Shown: positions 11,943 through 23,530, counted from the first letter of the whole stretch. The stretch is 63,998 bases of DNA, filler included, from Saprolegnia diclina VS20 (GCF_000281045.1; 7 parts of 2 records of this genome joined end to end with filler, not necessarily neighbours in it), one strand, 5' to 3'. Numbers and translations are program-made. Notes: a model not told the origin generated them from the letters alone.

Positions 11943-13158
11943 ACTGGGTGAATTGAATTCTGAGCTTGATGAACGCTCGGGTCGAATGGCAAGAAGAAAG
12001 AAGACGTCTGTCGACTCACCCGTTGCTGCGAGGATGGTCGAACGCAACGTCGGGCTGTCGGCACGTCCCAACAAACTGCCACCGTCAACGGCTCCGTGAT
12101 CACACCGTTGAGAACGCCACTTCCCGTGCGGCTTTAACCGAGGCGAGCTGTCCGGCTGCCACGTCACGAGATCGTTTACTGTGCCTTGTCGCTGGTCACA
12201 GCCCTACGTAGTGCGACACCGTGCCGGCGCTTTGCATAGCTGGCACTCGAGCCGATGCTTGTCCTGTGCAACAAGGCACCTGGATGCATCGAGTATTGTT
12301 GGTTGTATCTACATGTTGTCATCTCTACTACGCACCACCTGGAGCGAGTCTTCTCGGGATTCCTTCGCCCCGTTCGAGGCGCCCCGTTTCTTGGGGTGCA
12401 CCAAGATCACGCTGCCGATCGTCCTGCACCGCGACTTCCAGTCGCTGACGCTGCCTCAGTTGCTGGCGTCTCCCGACNNNNNNNNNNNNNNNNNNNNNNN
12501 NNNNNNNNNNNNNNNNNNNNNNNNNNNNNNNNNNNNNNNNNNNNNNNNNNNNNNNNNNNNNNNNNNNNNNNNNNNNNNNNNNNNNNNNNNNNNNNNNNNN
12601 NNNNNNNNNNNNNNNNNNNNNNNNNNNNNNNNNNNNNNNNNNNNNNNNNNNNNNNNNNNNNNNNNNNNNNNNNNNNNNNNNNNNNNNNNNNNNNNNNNNN
12701 NNNNNNNNNNNNNNNNNNNNNNNNNNNNNNNNNNNNNNNNNNNNNNNNNNNNNNNNNNNNNNNNNNNNNNNNNNNNNNNNNNNNNNNNNNNNNNNNNNNN
12801 NNNNNNNNNNNNNNNNNNNNNNNNNNNNNNNNNNNNNNNNNNNNNNNNNNNNNNNNNNNNNNNNNNNNNNNNNNNNNNNNNNNNNNNNNNNNNNNNNNNN
12901 NNNNNNNAGCCACGGTGACAGCCATCGGTGACAGCTACATGGTATCATGATGGCGAGATGCCACTGTGGGGGAGAAGCATCAACAATCGTCCGTGGTTGC
13001 ACCACGTCAGCGAAGAATCCAGCCATCCGATTGGCACAAAAAAGAAGCTTTTTACTGATTGGTGCGTCGAAATTTGTATTTAAACCAATGGCATCGCGTC
13101 ATTCGAAAGCCATGGCTCGCAGGTCATGGCACGCAGGTCAGTTTTGATTTTGTGGACG

Positions 13159-14388
13159 ATGGGACCAAGCACACGTACTAGCAGCGTCTACAAGCTCATG
13201 GACGAGCTCATGGAGGCGCAGGCGCTGGCCGCCGATGCCAACATGTGCAAGCTGGCGCGCGCCAGAGCCTTCTCCAAGAGCGCCGCGGGCCAACCGTCGA
13301 GCGCCACCGACGTCTTGGCAGCGACCGTCACCAACGTCCCGTCCACGGCCACCGCCGCCGACATCGCGGCCTTTTGCAAGCAAAAGCTGGACATCTTCGA
13401 CCGCTTTCTCTCTGTGTCGATGGCGCCGTATAAAGACGGCAAGACCGGTCGCTCCACCGTCTACGTGGCATCCCACGGCGACTACACACGTCTCCTTGGG
13501 CTGGACGGCGTGCGGTGGCGCCGCGAGACGCTCAACGTCAAGGAAGCCGCGTCCGTCACGCGCTCGGCATGCGCCGACATTCTGAGCCGCGTCTTTCGCT
13601 GCAAGGGCGTCCACCTGCTGTCGACGCCAACGAGTGAACCATCGGCGTATGCCACCGTCGACGGGGTCACATTCACCTGCTCGAGCACGGACGCGACTGC
13701 CTTTGCGATCGGGTTTGATGGCGAGAATGACTACCGCTACCGCGTCTGCTTCAAAGTGACCAGCGTCGTCCACTGCGTCGTCGGTATCAGCCGATTCGAG
13801 CACGTCGTTGTCCGGTTTACTTTGCGGACGCCGCCGTTCGTCTTTGTCGGCGACCGGCGCATGACGGACGAAGACCGCATCTGGCCGCTCGCCGACGCCA
13901 CGTACAAGTGGGAACGGTCGGACGATCCGTCACCCAACGGCGCGTTTGGCCACTGCCGATGCTACCACCTCGTGCTTGCCGACGGCGTCGACGCCAACGA
14001 CATTGTCGCAGTGTTGCGCCGCTACGGCGTCGCCAACCTCACGCGCACCAAGACAGCGCCGCTGTGCGCGTACACGACGCCGACGCCGACCGACTGGGCG
14101 TATGGCCATGCGGGTGCGTTGTGGCACCTCCCGCTTTCGCTCCGGTACGCACTGTGTACGCTGCTGTCGCAGACGCGTTGGTGCTCGCAACGACCGAGGA
14201 CGCGGCCTACGTGGCGCGTCAGCTCATCCACACCAGCGCGTCGGCGTCCGACGTATTTGGCTTCTTGTACACGTGCGCATCGCCCAACACGCCGTCCAAC
14301 GCGCAGGCGTTTGGTCGCTGGCTCTGCCACGGCCGTCGCTACGTCGTGCCCATGCGCAGCCCGCACGCCTCGACGCCGCCGCCGCTCG
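13159..14388 (+). CDS. RDR: Second RdRP paralog, N-terminal part (RRM-like); 1-bp frameshift near 14172; truncated by gap
   Basis: Colinear with the first RdRP: ATVTNVPSTATAADIAAFC, LDGVRW, YRVCFKVTSV, DDPSPNGAFGHCRCYHLVL, TDWAYG. Homology continues in another frame (DALVLATTEDAAYV). Confidence 0.8.
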
Positions 14389-14432
14389 NNNNNNNNNNNN
14401 NNNNNNNNNNNNNNNNNNNNNNNNNNNNNNNN

Positions 14433-14444
14433 TTAATTAATTAA
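14433..14444. other. Artificial scaffold linker TTAATTAATTAA (also 42166, 57550, 58850, 61613, 62906)
   Basis: The identical 12-mer, which gives stops in all six frames, is embedded in N-runs six times. Confidence 0.95.
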
Positions 14445-14488
14445 NNNNNNNNNNNNNNNNNNNNNNNNNNNNNNNNNNNNNNNNNNNN

Positions 14489-14995
14489 TGGCCGCAGTGC
14501 GACCGACAGTATCGCTCGTGGTGCCACTCGCACGCTGCGCAGCGCTGCCCACAGTGTTCGACGACCATCGAGAAAGACGGCGGTTGCAGCCACATGAAGT
14601 GCACGTATTGCCACTACGATTTTTGCTGGCGCTGCCGCATCAAGTGGGCTGACCACAACCATGCGTTGTGTCTGCCGGTCGCGTTCGTGCGCTCGACACA
14701 CTGGGCCTTTGGCCCGATCGCGCCTGTCCGGTTTGTGACCAAGACAGTCGCGGGTGTTTTTGGTGTCGGCGTTGCCGTTGCAGCGGGTGCCGTCGCAGTG
14801 GGCGTCGCCGTCGCGGTGGTGCCGCCGATGGCTGTCTACTACAAAGCTCAAGACGCCTTCTGTCCCAACCACTCGACGGACGCGGTCGAGACACGAGCGC
14901 GCATTGTGTTGAGGATTCCGGACCCGGCGCGCCCCGGAGAAAGCCTGGAAATGGACACGTGGCAAGTTCATGGCGATGCCGTGCCATGCGCGTCA
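14489..14995 (+). CDS. RBR E3 ligase fragment (RING2 + membrane anchor), bounded by gaps
   Basis: WPQCDRQYRSWCHSHAAQRCPQCSTTIEKDGGCSHMKCTYCHYDFCWRC followed by a hydrophobic VAGVFGVGVAVAAGAVAVGVAVAVVPP segment. Confidence 0.8.
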
Positions 14996-15095
14996 NNNNN
15001 NNNNNNNNNNNNNNNNNNNNNNNNNNNNNNNNNNNNNNNNNNNNNNNNNNNNNNNNNNNNNNNNNNNNNNNNNNNNNNNNNNNNNNNNNNNNNNN

Positions 15096-15103
15096 ATAGA
15101 TAT

Positions 15104-15197
<94 letters not shown>
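15096..15197. repeat. (GATA)n microsatellite
   Basis: About 100 bp of near-perfect TAGA repeats next to a gap. Confidence 0.97.
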
Positions 15198-15203
15198 CTT
15201 ACG

Positions 15204-16405
15204 TTACTTGCGTTCATTAAGGCAGCTAGCAACTTTGAGGGAAACACCTCGTTGGGGTGCATCTCGCTCGAGTGCGCTGCTTGTCGATGCGCCTTGACGG
15301 AGTGGCGACTCAGGTCCAAAGGCACAATCGAAGATGTCGATGGCGTCGCTCGCGACAGGCACTGCGCTACGACGTATATCACGTGGCATGTCATCGCCGC
15401 GCCATGACGGGCGCGAATGCATCCTCTCGGGAGCAGCGTCGGTCGAATCGGGGCGACAAAGGGCGTGGACTCCATCATACACCAATATCGGTGGCACCAC
15501 CACGACGGCGACGCCAACCGCGACGGCGCCCGCTGCAACGGCAACGCCGACACCAAGGACACCCGCGACGGTCTTGGTCACAAACCGGACAGGCGCGATC
15601 GGGCCAAAGGCCCAATGCGTCGAGCGCACGCATGCGACCGGCAGACACAGCGCATGGTTGTGGTCAGCCCACTTGATGCGGCAGCGCCAGCAAAAATCGT
15701 AGTGGCAATACGTGCACTTCATGTGGCTGCAACCGCCGTCTTTCTCGATGGTCGTCGAACACTGTGGGCAGCGCTGCGCAGCGTGCGAGTGGCACCACGA
15801 GCGATACTGTCGGTCGCACTGCGGCCATCGATGGTAGGCGTCGCCGCAGTCGCGACACGACGACTGCTGGCAGCTCGGACAGTCGACGCGGCGCTTGTTC
15901 ATCTTCTTGTTCTTGTGGGAGGTTGCCGTCGGCAGCAGCTGGCCGCACTGCGGTCGCGGGCAGTATCGATGGCCGCGCTGACGGAGCTCGTACGACGTGA
16001 GGAACTGAATGTACTTTTGGAGATAGCTTGGGGACACAAACTGGGCGAGCACGGCCCGTGCAATCGGTTGCCGGCACTGGCCGGGGCACACGAGTTGGTG
16101 CGGCGCGACGTCACCATCCGCAATCTTGTGAATCAAGTACGAGCCAAAGCAGTTGCTGCAGCAGTTGGTGTCACAGCGTTGGCAGCGGTGGGCACGCTCA
16201 ACGGGTCGGTCTTCGAGGCAGATGACACATAGCGCAGTGACTGGCAGAGTGACGAGGTGGTCGCTATCACCGCTGACATTGTTTTCCGCGTCGTCCAGTG
16301 GGATCGTGGGCTAGAGACGAATGATTGAGTGAGCCCAAATATGTCAATGAACAAAGGGCAATGTACGAGGAATGGTGGTGGGCGTCGACACGGAGGGCGG
16401 ACCAT
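15204..16405 (-). CDS. RBR (RING1-IBR-RING2) E3 ubiquitin ligase with C-terminal membrane anchor; intron 16366-16311
   Basis: Exon 1 MVRPPCRRPPPFL, GTAC..CTAG intron, then CVICLED...CCSNC...LVCPGQC, YCPRPQC...CPSC..SCRDC..YH, CPQC..IEKDGGCSHMKC..C...FCWRC and a hydrophobic tail. Confidence 0.9.
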
Positions 16406-17233
16406 CGGTTCGATGAGAGAGTCGAGAGAGGATGTGGGACCTTGGAGGCCAAATGAACACTGACCTTCTGGCCCGAGGACCAGAATGCTGGACGACCAAC
16501 ATTCACTTTTGGATTTGCTGCTGAATTGGCAACCCGATTTACAACCACACAGCATTGGTGAGTTGCGTGACATTCCTGTAGAAATAGATATCGTATACCA
16601 TATGGTATGCATTGCTACAGGTTTCCCGGCCCTCCTGGCAGTCGAGCGAGGACTTTTTTTGCTCGTCTTGGTGACACTCGCAAAGCTCGAGCGGTGTAAA
16701 TGAGCCAGTCAAACGTCAATTACGAAGAGGAAAGGGGAGGAGGGGATGATCGATGGCAGTTGAAATCTCTGTGCTCTAGAAACGTGCCAGAAAAGTGCTA
16801 ATCTGTCTGTGTTTCCGGATTTTCCGCATAAAAAGTGGGGCGTTGGAGGGTCAAGTTCAGTCAAAGCATCTTTCGACACGATTGCAAACGTCATGGATGA
16901 TACGCAGGCATGCAACGAGCTGCACACAACACTCGACTTTACCTGATATTGGTACCAAGCGAAACAAATGACGCCATGACCTTTCTCCAAATCACGCACG
17001 GGCTATAGCCTCGGATCTGGTTGAAGGACCTGTGTCTTACGTACCAGTATTGGAGAGCTTTTTTGTCGGTCAAGAAAAAAATGCAGTATGTATATTGCCA
17101 GCGTTTTGATCCAAACTAGCTTCTAGTACCATCCTCACCGCCTTTACAAGCGCGAAAGCAATGGAAACCGGGGCGATTCACTTCATGGGGCGCTGTCGAG
17201 ACGATGTACTATCAACGGGATCCCTCTCAATTG

Positions 17234-18100
17234 TCACCGGCACCGTTCGGTAGGAACAGCGCTCTCGACGCGTGTCGCCGACGTAGTGTTGGGGGCGGTC
17301 GGGGGACGGCGATATCGCGCACGATGATAGGCGTCGAAGATGGGCACGACGATAATGGCGATGCCCACAATAAATGCTCCGGCGACAAGGCCGACGCCAG
17401 CGACCACGGTGCCAAACACAGTTTTGGTCACGAACCGAACCGGTGCGACTGGGCCATAGAGCCAATGGTCGGAGCGTATGCACATCCGCGGCCAGCAGAG
17501 CGCGAGTCGATGGTCGCTCATGGTGATGCCGCAGCGCCAGCAAAACTCATTGTAGCAGTACGCACATTCCATGCGATGACAACCGTCGATCTTTTGAATC
17601 ACCATCGTGCACAGCGGGCAGCGCTGCGCGTCGTGCGCGTCGCACCACGCCTTGAACTCGACGTTGCAGTTCGGTCGCTCATGGTACACGCCGCCGCAGT
17701 CGAGGCACGACGACTGCCGACAGCTCTCACAGTCGAGCCGGCGACTGTTTTTGCTGTGTGCGGTGCATAGCACCTGGCCGCACTCGGGCCGCGGGCAATA
17801 CCAGTAGCCGGTCTGGCGCCGCTTGGACGCAAGCACGAGGCGGTCGTATTTTTCGAAGAGACTCGTGGACAGGACGACGACAAGCACGAGCCGTGGGATC
17901 GGTCGCCGGCAATGGCCGGGGCACACGAGCTGGTGGGGCGCAACATCGCCGTGCTCAATCTTGTGCGTCACGTACTCGCGGAAGCATTCAACGCAGCAGT
18001 TGGTATCGCACTCACGACAGTGGCGGGCATGTTTGGTTGGTCGTTCGTCGAGGCAGATAGCGCATTTTGCGGACGTTTTTAGTGTTTGGTAGAAATTCAT
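17234..18100 (-). CDS. RBR E3 ligase paralog, 288 aa, membrane anchor
   Basis: CAICLDE...LVCPGHC, YCPRPEC, CPLC..IQKIDGCHRMEC..C..FCWRC, GPVAPVRFVTKTV followed by a TM segment. Confidence 0.9.
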   Translation of the reverse strand: MNFYQTLKTSAKCAICLDERPTKHARHCRECDTNCCVECFREYVTHKIEHGDVAPHQLVCPGHCRRPIPRLVLVVVLSTSLFEKYDRLVLASKRRQTGYWYCPRPECGQVLCTAHSKNSRRLDCESCRQSSCLDCGGVYHERPNCNVEFKAWCDAHDAQRCPLCTMVIQKIDGCHRMECAYCYNEFCWRCGITMSDHRLALCWPRMCIRSDHWLYGPVAPVRFVTKTVFGTVVAGVGLVAGAFIVGIAIIVVPIFDAYHRARYRRPPTAPNTTSATRVESAVPTERCR

Positions 18101-19263
18101 TGTACGTCGATGGTCTATGACCGTTCGGTGAGATCATGTCCGGTCTACAGAAGGATGTACATATAGACTAGTTCGTTGGTATGTGGAGGTCGGAGGACAA
18201 GGCAGGGAATGGTTCGTGGCCTTTTGCTCGAAATGGAAACTGAGGACACGAACGACTGACACCAATGGTCATCACCGAAGAACACACTCCGAATGATGGA
18301 TGGGTCGAGAGAGACAGGTAAGAAGCTTCAACATTCAAGATTATTCGACGTTGCTCCACTATGTTCATACTGAAAGGAGGTCGTTTTCAGAAAGACTCCA
18401 ACCTACAGCGAGTGCTGCCTGTTTCACCTGTACCTTGTACGCTTTACACCCGGCAATGTCCTGTCTACTAGCCATAGTTGGCCTGACAGCAAGTGGTCGT
18501 AGAGTCATTCAGCAAATGGCAAATTGTTTTGCTGACACCAGAACGTAATCACATCAGAATGATGGTGGTACCATCACTCCTGCTAGAATACTCCAACTTT
18601 GACCATCTTGCGAGTGGGCACACGAGAAACACTGCGTCGGCGCCAAGAGCGCGCAAATGAGCCAGCTTGGTCCAGCGGGCAGTGGTGCAATCAACACGTA
18701 GCTCTACATGAGCAACAAGCGCTGCTGTCGAATAAACAATACGTGCTCGGTCGTCACCTTGTCGTTGTTGTTGTCGCAAGAGTCGATGCTTGCGTGGAAC
18801 TGGTGCCGTGAATAGTTGATCAGTCGAGTCCAACGGCTCTCCTTGTGGCCGTGTATCGACGAGTCCAACGACGGATATCATATCAACTTGATTGTTCGGT
18901 GCCTCTCAAAGTATTTTTCAGGGTGCTTTGCATTCGTGCGACAGAAACTGCCACCTGTTGGCAGGACACGCTCGAAGCACCGTCTCCGTCTCCTGCGTTT
19001 GGTGAATCGCAGGAGACCGAGACGGTGGCTCAAGCGTGCCGAATCCGAGCACCCACAACACAATTCTTCGTGGCGAGCAGCAAAAATAGATAAAACAATT
19101 TTTCCCCTCATTTCCTCTGCAAAAACAAACATTAAACATTAAAACACTAACAATGGTCGTCTCCGCACGTCTCGGATCCCAACACATCCCGATCATACAA
19201 AAATCGGATATGAAGAAACAGACGAGAATATTCATTCATGCCATTGACGGTGATTGTCAACTC

Positions 19264-19385
19264 GCCGCCCAATCTCACCGGAATCGCTCGCTTTTGGCGC
19301 ATCTGTCAGTTCTTATATAGATAGATAGATAGGCCGCCCAATCTCACCGGAATCGCTCGCTTTTGGCGCATCTGTCAGTTCTTAT
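19264..19385. repeat. 53-bp perfect direct repeat flanking (ATAG)4
   Basis: 19264-19316 is identical to 19333-19385, separated by ATAGATAGATAGATAG. Confidence 0.95.
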
Positions 19386-19428
19386 CACGCGCCCTCGGCC
19401 TCACATCCGTGTCACGCCACTAGATGCC

Positions 19429-20467
19429 ATGGTGCCCCCTTGCCACCCGTACCCTGTACGCTCTCTAACCTCTATAGACACGTATATCTCACGTGATCCA
19501 AACGTAGAAGAACGCCTCGTCGTCTTTGGTTGTCTTGTTCGATGAAGCCGACGTCGCGCGGTGGCACCGTGCCACGTCCGAGCCGCATAAAATCTGCTTG
19601 ATCTGCCTCGACGATCAACCCATGGCGCGCGCCCATCAATGTTTGCACTGCGACGCCAGCATCTGCAACGACTGCTTTCGCCAGTATTTGACGCACAAAA
19701 TACAAAATGGTCAAGTCGCATACCAGCAGCTCGTGTGCCCCGGCCATTGCCGACGACCAATTCTTCGGGACACGATCCAGCAAATCGTGTCCCCCAGTCT
19801 TTTTCAGAAATACACTCGGTTCCTCCAAGCGATGGAGCACCGCGAGGCGGGTCAAGGCTACTGCCCTCGGCCGCAGTGTGGCCACCCGCTCTTGTCGCCG
19901 CCGTCGCACCAAAGCAAGCGCCGCGTCCACTGTGTGAGTTGCCAGCAGTCGTCGTGCCGCGACTGCGGCGAGGCGTACCACCGATGGCCGCAGTGCGACC
20001 GCGAGTACCGTCTCTGGTGCCGTACGCACGCGGCGCAGCGCTGCCCATCGTGTTCGGCGACGATTCAGAAAAACGGCGGCTGCAGCCACATGAAGTGCAC
20101 CAACTGCCAACACCACTTTTGCTGGCGCTGTCACGCTGCGTGGAAAGACCACAGCGAAGCGCTGTGGTGGCCCCTCGCGTGCGTGCGTTCCAAGCACTGG
20201 GTCTTTGGCCCGACAGCACCCGTCCGGCTCGTCACCAAGACGGTCGCGGCCACGGTAGGCGCAAGCGCGGTCGTTGCTGCGGGGGCCGTCGTCGCCGGCG
20301 TCGTCGTCGGCCTCGCTGCCGTCGTGGTGCCACCACTGGCTGTCTATTGCGGCATCCGCGCGCTCCGTCGCGACCCGGAACAAGGCCCCGTCATCAACAG
20401 TCGAGAGTACCGCCGCCAGCAGCGCGCCACCCGTCGTGGTCGCCAGGGTCCTCCGCCACTCCACTAG
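19429..20467 (+). CDS. RBR E3 ligase paralog with membrane anchor; intron 19456-19507
   Basis: Exon 1 MVPPCHPYP (resembles the MVRPPC exon of the 16405 gene), phase-0 GTACGC..TAG intron, RING1-IBR-RING2 (GGCSHMKC) and TM segment. Confidence 0.9.
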
Positions 20468-20625
20468 GTCGTTTCAAGTGTCCACGTGGTTGGCGTTGGT
20501 TGTCAACGGCTCATATTCTGTTGTCTTCTAGTCCCATACCATTCTTGTCTTCACCCGTGCGTCACAAACTTCTAACGTCTTGCAGAACGACATTGCAGGA
20601 CGGAGACAATAATGTTTTCTCAATG

Positions 20626-20691
20626 GTCTCTACGTATGCAAAGTCTTTGTGTAACAGCGAAGATAACGCGAAACACGTTCATATATATATA
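20626..20691. repeat. Dispersed ~66 bp repeat (inverted copy at 48418-48483)
   Basis: GTCTCTACGTATGCAAAGTCTTTGTGTAA...AACACGTTCATATATATAT matches the reverse complement at 48418-48483 with few mismatches. Confidence 0.85.
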
Positions 20692-21904
20692 ATGGCAGCG
20701 GCGCCAGGCTCGCAAATACCAGCAGCATTTGCTACACGGCGCACGTGGCCGGTAGCATATCCTGCGAATCGCGCGCGAGTTTTGTCAGCCTCGATTACGC
20801 CCTCACAACGAAATAAGAACGCCCAACATCATTTTCTTATTCAAAAGGATCCGTTGATATAGTCGACATCGTTCGACAGCAAAGACGCGAGTCGCCGCCA
20901 AAGCGCTCGGTCGAGTTGTTGGTCACTGGTCATTCACCATGCATTGAGGATCGCTTTGCAGTCGCGACAACGACGTTGGCGTGCGTCCAACAACGTCGAG
21001 ATGGATGGCGTCGATCCCCCTCTTATAACGTCGGTGGTCACACCGCGGTCGCTGAGTGACACGCCGAACGTTCCAGAAATCGCTCGCAAGAAGCCGCTTC
21101 TTGGTGGTCGGCGCCAGGCTACTCACGTGTTACACTATCATAGACAGAGGGGGTCGGTACCTGCGACTGCGCGCCACCCAAAAGGAGACCCATGAGCGCT
21201 GAAGACGCGGCCGCGCGGGCCAGCGACGACGCACAACAGACGCGCCCTGCGGCTGCCACGTCACGGACCGACTTCAGACGGCACGCCACATCAAAATTTG
21301 AGTCGCCTCGAACTTCGAACTTCGATGCGTTGAACCGGCGTGTCAAAAAGACACGACTGATGTGGAGCGACCATTGCACACTGCGGCGCAGTCCCAACCC
21401 ACGCAGCACGTCCATGTGCACGCGACGTGTCGAGCATTCGAAGCGATTGTAGTACGCGCATGGCGGGCGCGGTGCCACTGCCTCCGTCATCGTCCGATCA
21501 AATTTTACTACATTTATAATGACTTATCAAGCAGCGAGCTGTATCAACTCGAAAACGCATTCATTCACAGTATCAAATCTACCACAGAGGATACCAAATA
21601 TCAGCGCTTCCGAGTCGATAATTCCGGGCTGAAATTCGGATATTCGGACACCCAATTCAGCCGGGTTGTCCGTAATTATGGTGCTGCGACGAGCGGTGGG
21701 TCCACACATTTGCGACTGCAACCGCCCCAGGAGTGACCGATACCTCCGATGCCTGCACGAAGTTGTACGCGGCGCCGCGGCCCGCCAGCCTTCCGCAACG
21801 CTGACCGATGTGGCGCCGTCGGCCTGACTGGTCCACGTGACACATCGAAGTTCGAAGTGAATGGAAGATCCAACAGATTGCCGCGTCAAAGTGCAATTTC
21901 GAGC

Positions 21905-22468
21905 ATGCTGCTGCTACCGTCCGAGAGCGGCGAAGACGTCGTGTACGTTCACTACCACGAGCTCAACGCGTTCGAGTCGCCGCGCGCCTTCACACCGTCA
22001 AGCGCCGTCGACCGCGCGTGCCTCCTCTGCCACGAAAGTGTGGCCACGCTGCACGGCGATTTGGCCGACGTCGTCGACAACTTTGTCCATTGCGCAGGCT
22101 GCAACAGCTACTACTGCCATGGCTGCCTCCAGGACTACTTGGGCCACAAGATCGAGACGCGTCAGGTTCTGCCGAGCCAGCTCGTGTGCCCGGGCGCGTG
22201 TCAGCAACCGCTGCCGGCGACGACGCTGCAAGTGCACATGCGGCGCAGCGACTTTGCAAAGTACAATGCGCTCTTGACGCTGCCAAGCCCGTCCAACGAA
22301 GCGCTTGTGTGCCCACGACCGGGCTGCGGCTGCCCGCTCAAGCGCACCGAGCGTGGCCGCAAGGTGCACTGCCCTGCGTGCGGCTTGAACTCGTGTTACA
22401 ACTGCGGCCGTCGCTTTCATTATTGGCCGCTTTGCCGCGCGCCCTTTGCGCGCTGCTGGCCCCACTGA
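21905..22468 (+). CDS. Truncated RBR protein (RING1 + IBR only; no RING2 or TM)
   Basis: CLLCHE...CAGC..YCHGC...LVCPGAC and VCPRPGC...CPAC..SCYNC..FHYWPLC, then stop. Confidence 0.75.
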   Translation: MLLLPSESGEDVVYVHYHELNAFESPRAFTPSSAVDRACLLCHESVATLHGDLADVVDNFVHCAGCNSYYCHGCLQDYLGHKIETRQVLPSQLVCPGACQQPLPATTLQVHMRRSDFAKYNALLTLPSPSNEALVCPRPGCGCPLKRTERGRKVHCPACGLNSCYNCGRRFHYWPLCRAPFARCWPH

Positions 22469-23055
22469 CACCACGATGCTGCACGTAATCGTATCCCTAC
22501 GTCGCTACGCACGGCCGATTCTTGCTTCCACGCGATCCAAAATCCCTGCCCGCCAACCTTCCATCGCTCATTGTGCTGTGCGCAACACAAACGGTCGTCG
22601 CATCGACATCCGTTCTACTATCCATCAATATCCAAGTATCCGTTCATCCCATCCTCCAATTATCCATCCAGGCATCCAGTTATCCATGTACAATCTGCAA
22701 TCGTCGAGCGCGAGGTCGACGTGCGTCGCACACGTAGCCTCGATCAACTTGCACGCAACCCTGAAGCGGCGACTCGTCGCATTTAAAAAAATCCCTTTAT
22801 CTATCTACGTATCCAAGTATCCTTCCATCCAGGAATCCATATGTATTTCATTGCCCATCGAGCTATCCATACAATAGAATCTGCAAGCGAGCCGGTAAGC
22901 AGTGAGGTAAACAATCGTACGCACTCCTCGACGGTGATCCGACTGGAGCTTTGCCCTAGACCCTGGCAGACTAGTCTCGAATACTGTCTAGCTGTATAAG
23001 TCCGCTAACTGGCGAACTTAGACATTAATACAGCTACACAGTACTAGTACTACAT

Positions 23056-23089
23056 GCTATTCTCTAATACTGTAGTATTAGAGAATAGC
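23056..23089. repeat. Perfect 16-bp inverted repeat (hairpin)
   Basis: GCTATTCTCTAATACT-GT-AGTATTAGAGAATAGC. Confidence 0.9.
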
Positions 23090-23123
23090 CTGCCAGGCAA
23101 GAGGATACAACAAATTTTGTTTT

Positions 23124-23247
23124 CAACTCAATCGCGAGCCCCGACCAAGCGCCCTCAGCTTGACGTACCAGCCAAACTTCACGAGCGCACTAGGAAGTCC
23201 ACCATCTTCACTATATAATTGCATGTTAATAACTCATTTCAACAACA
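23124..23247. repeat. Dispersed ~124 bp repeat, copy 2
   Basis: Reverse complement of 420-543; ends ...CTATATAATTGCATGTTAATAACTCATTTCAACAACA. Confidence 0.85.
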
Positions 23248-23530
23248 ACTTTTGTCGCGTCCTCTTGTCTCCATGTTGAAGATGACCAAGCGAACCATTA
23301 CGCCAAGCGTGGTGGAGGGGCACTTGCAGCGTGCGTCACGCGCGTACACTGCACGCGTCGCGACATTACTGCCGGCCGCAACACCCACTCGGTTCTTTGG
23401 CGCGAGCACAAAGGACCGTTCTCTTGCCACCACTCGCGCGTAAGCTAGTACACGGACTAGGTACCGTAAACACAACCCCGCGCGTTGATAGACAATATTG
23501 ACAATAAATATGAAAAAACTGCAACGACGA

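Noticed and set aside
12313..12477. Possible gene start running into a gap
   Set aside because: 55 codons with no recognisable motif.
16133..16279. Apparent frameshift at the 5' end of the RBR gene (ATG 16279)
   Set aside because: Explained by intron 16366-16311 and ATG 16405.
22610..22875. ATCC-rich stretch
   Set aside because: Degenerate simple repeat with no defined structure.
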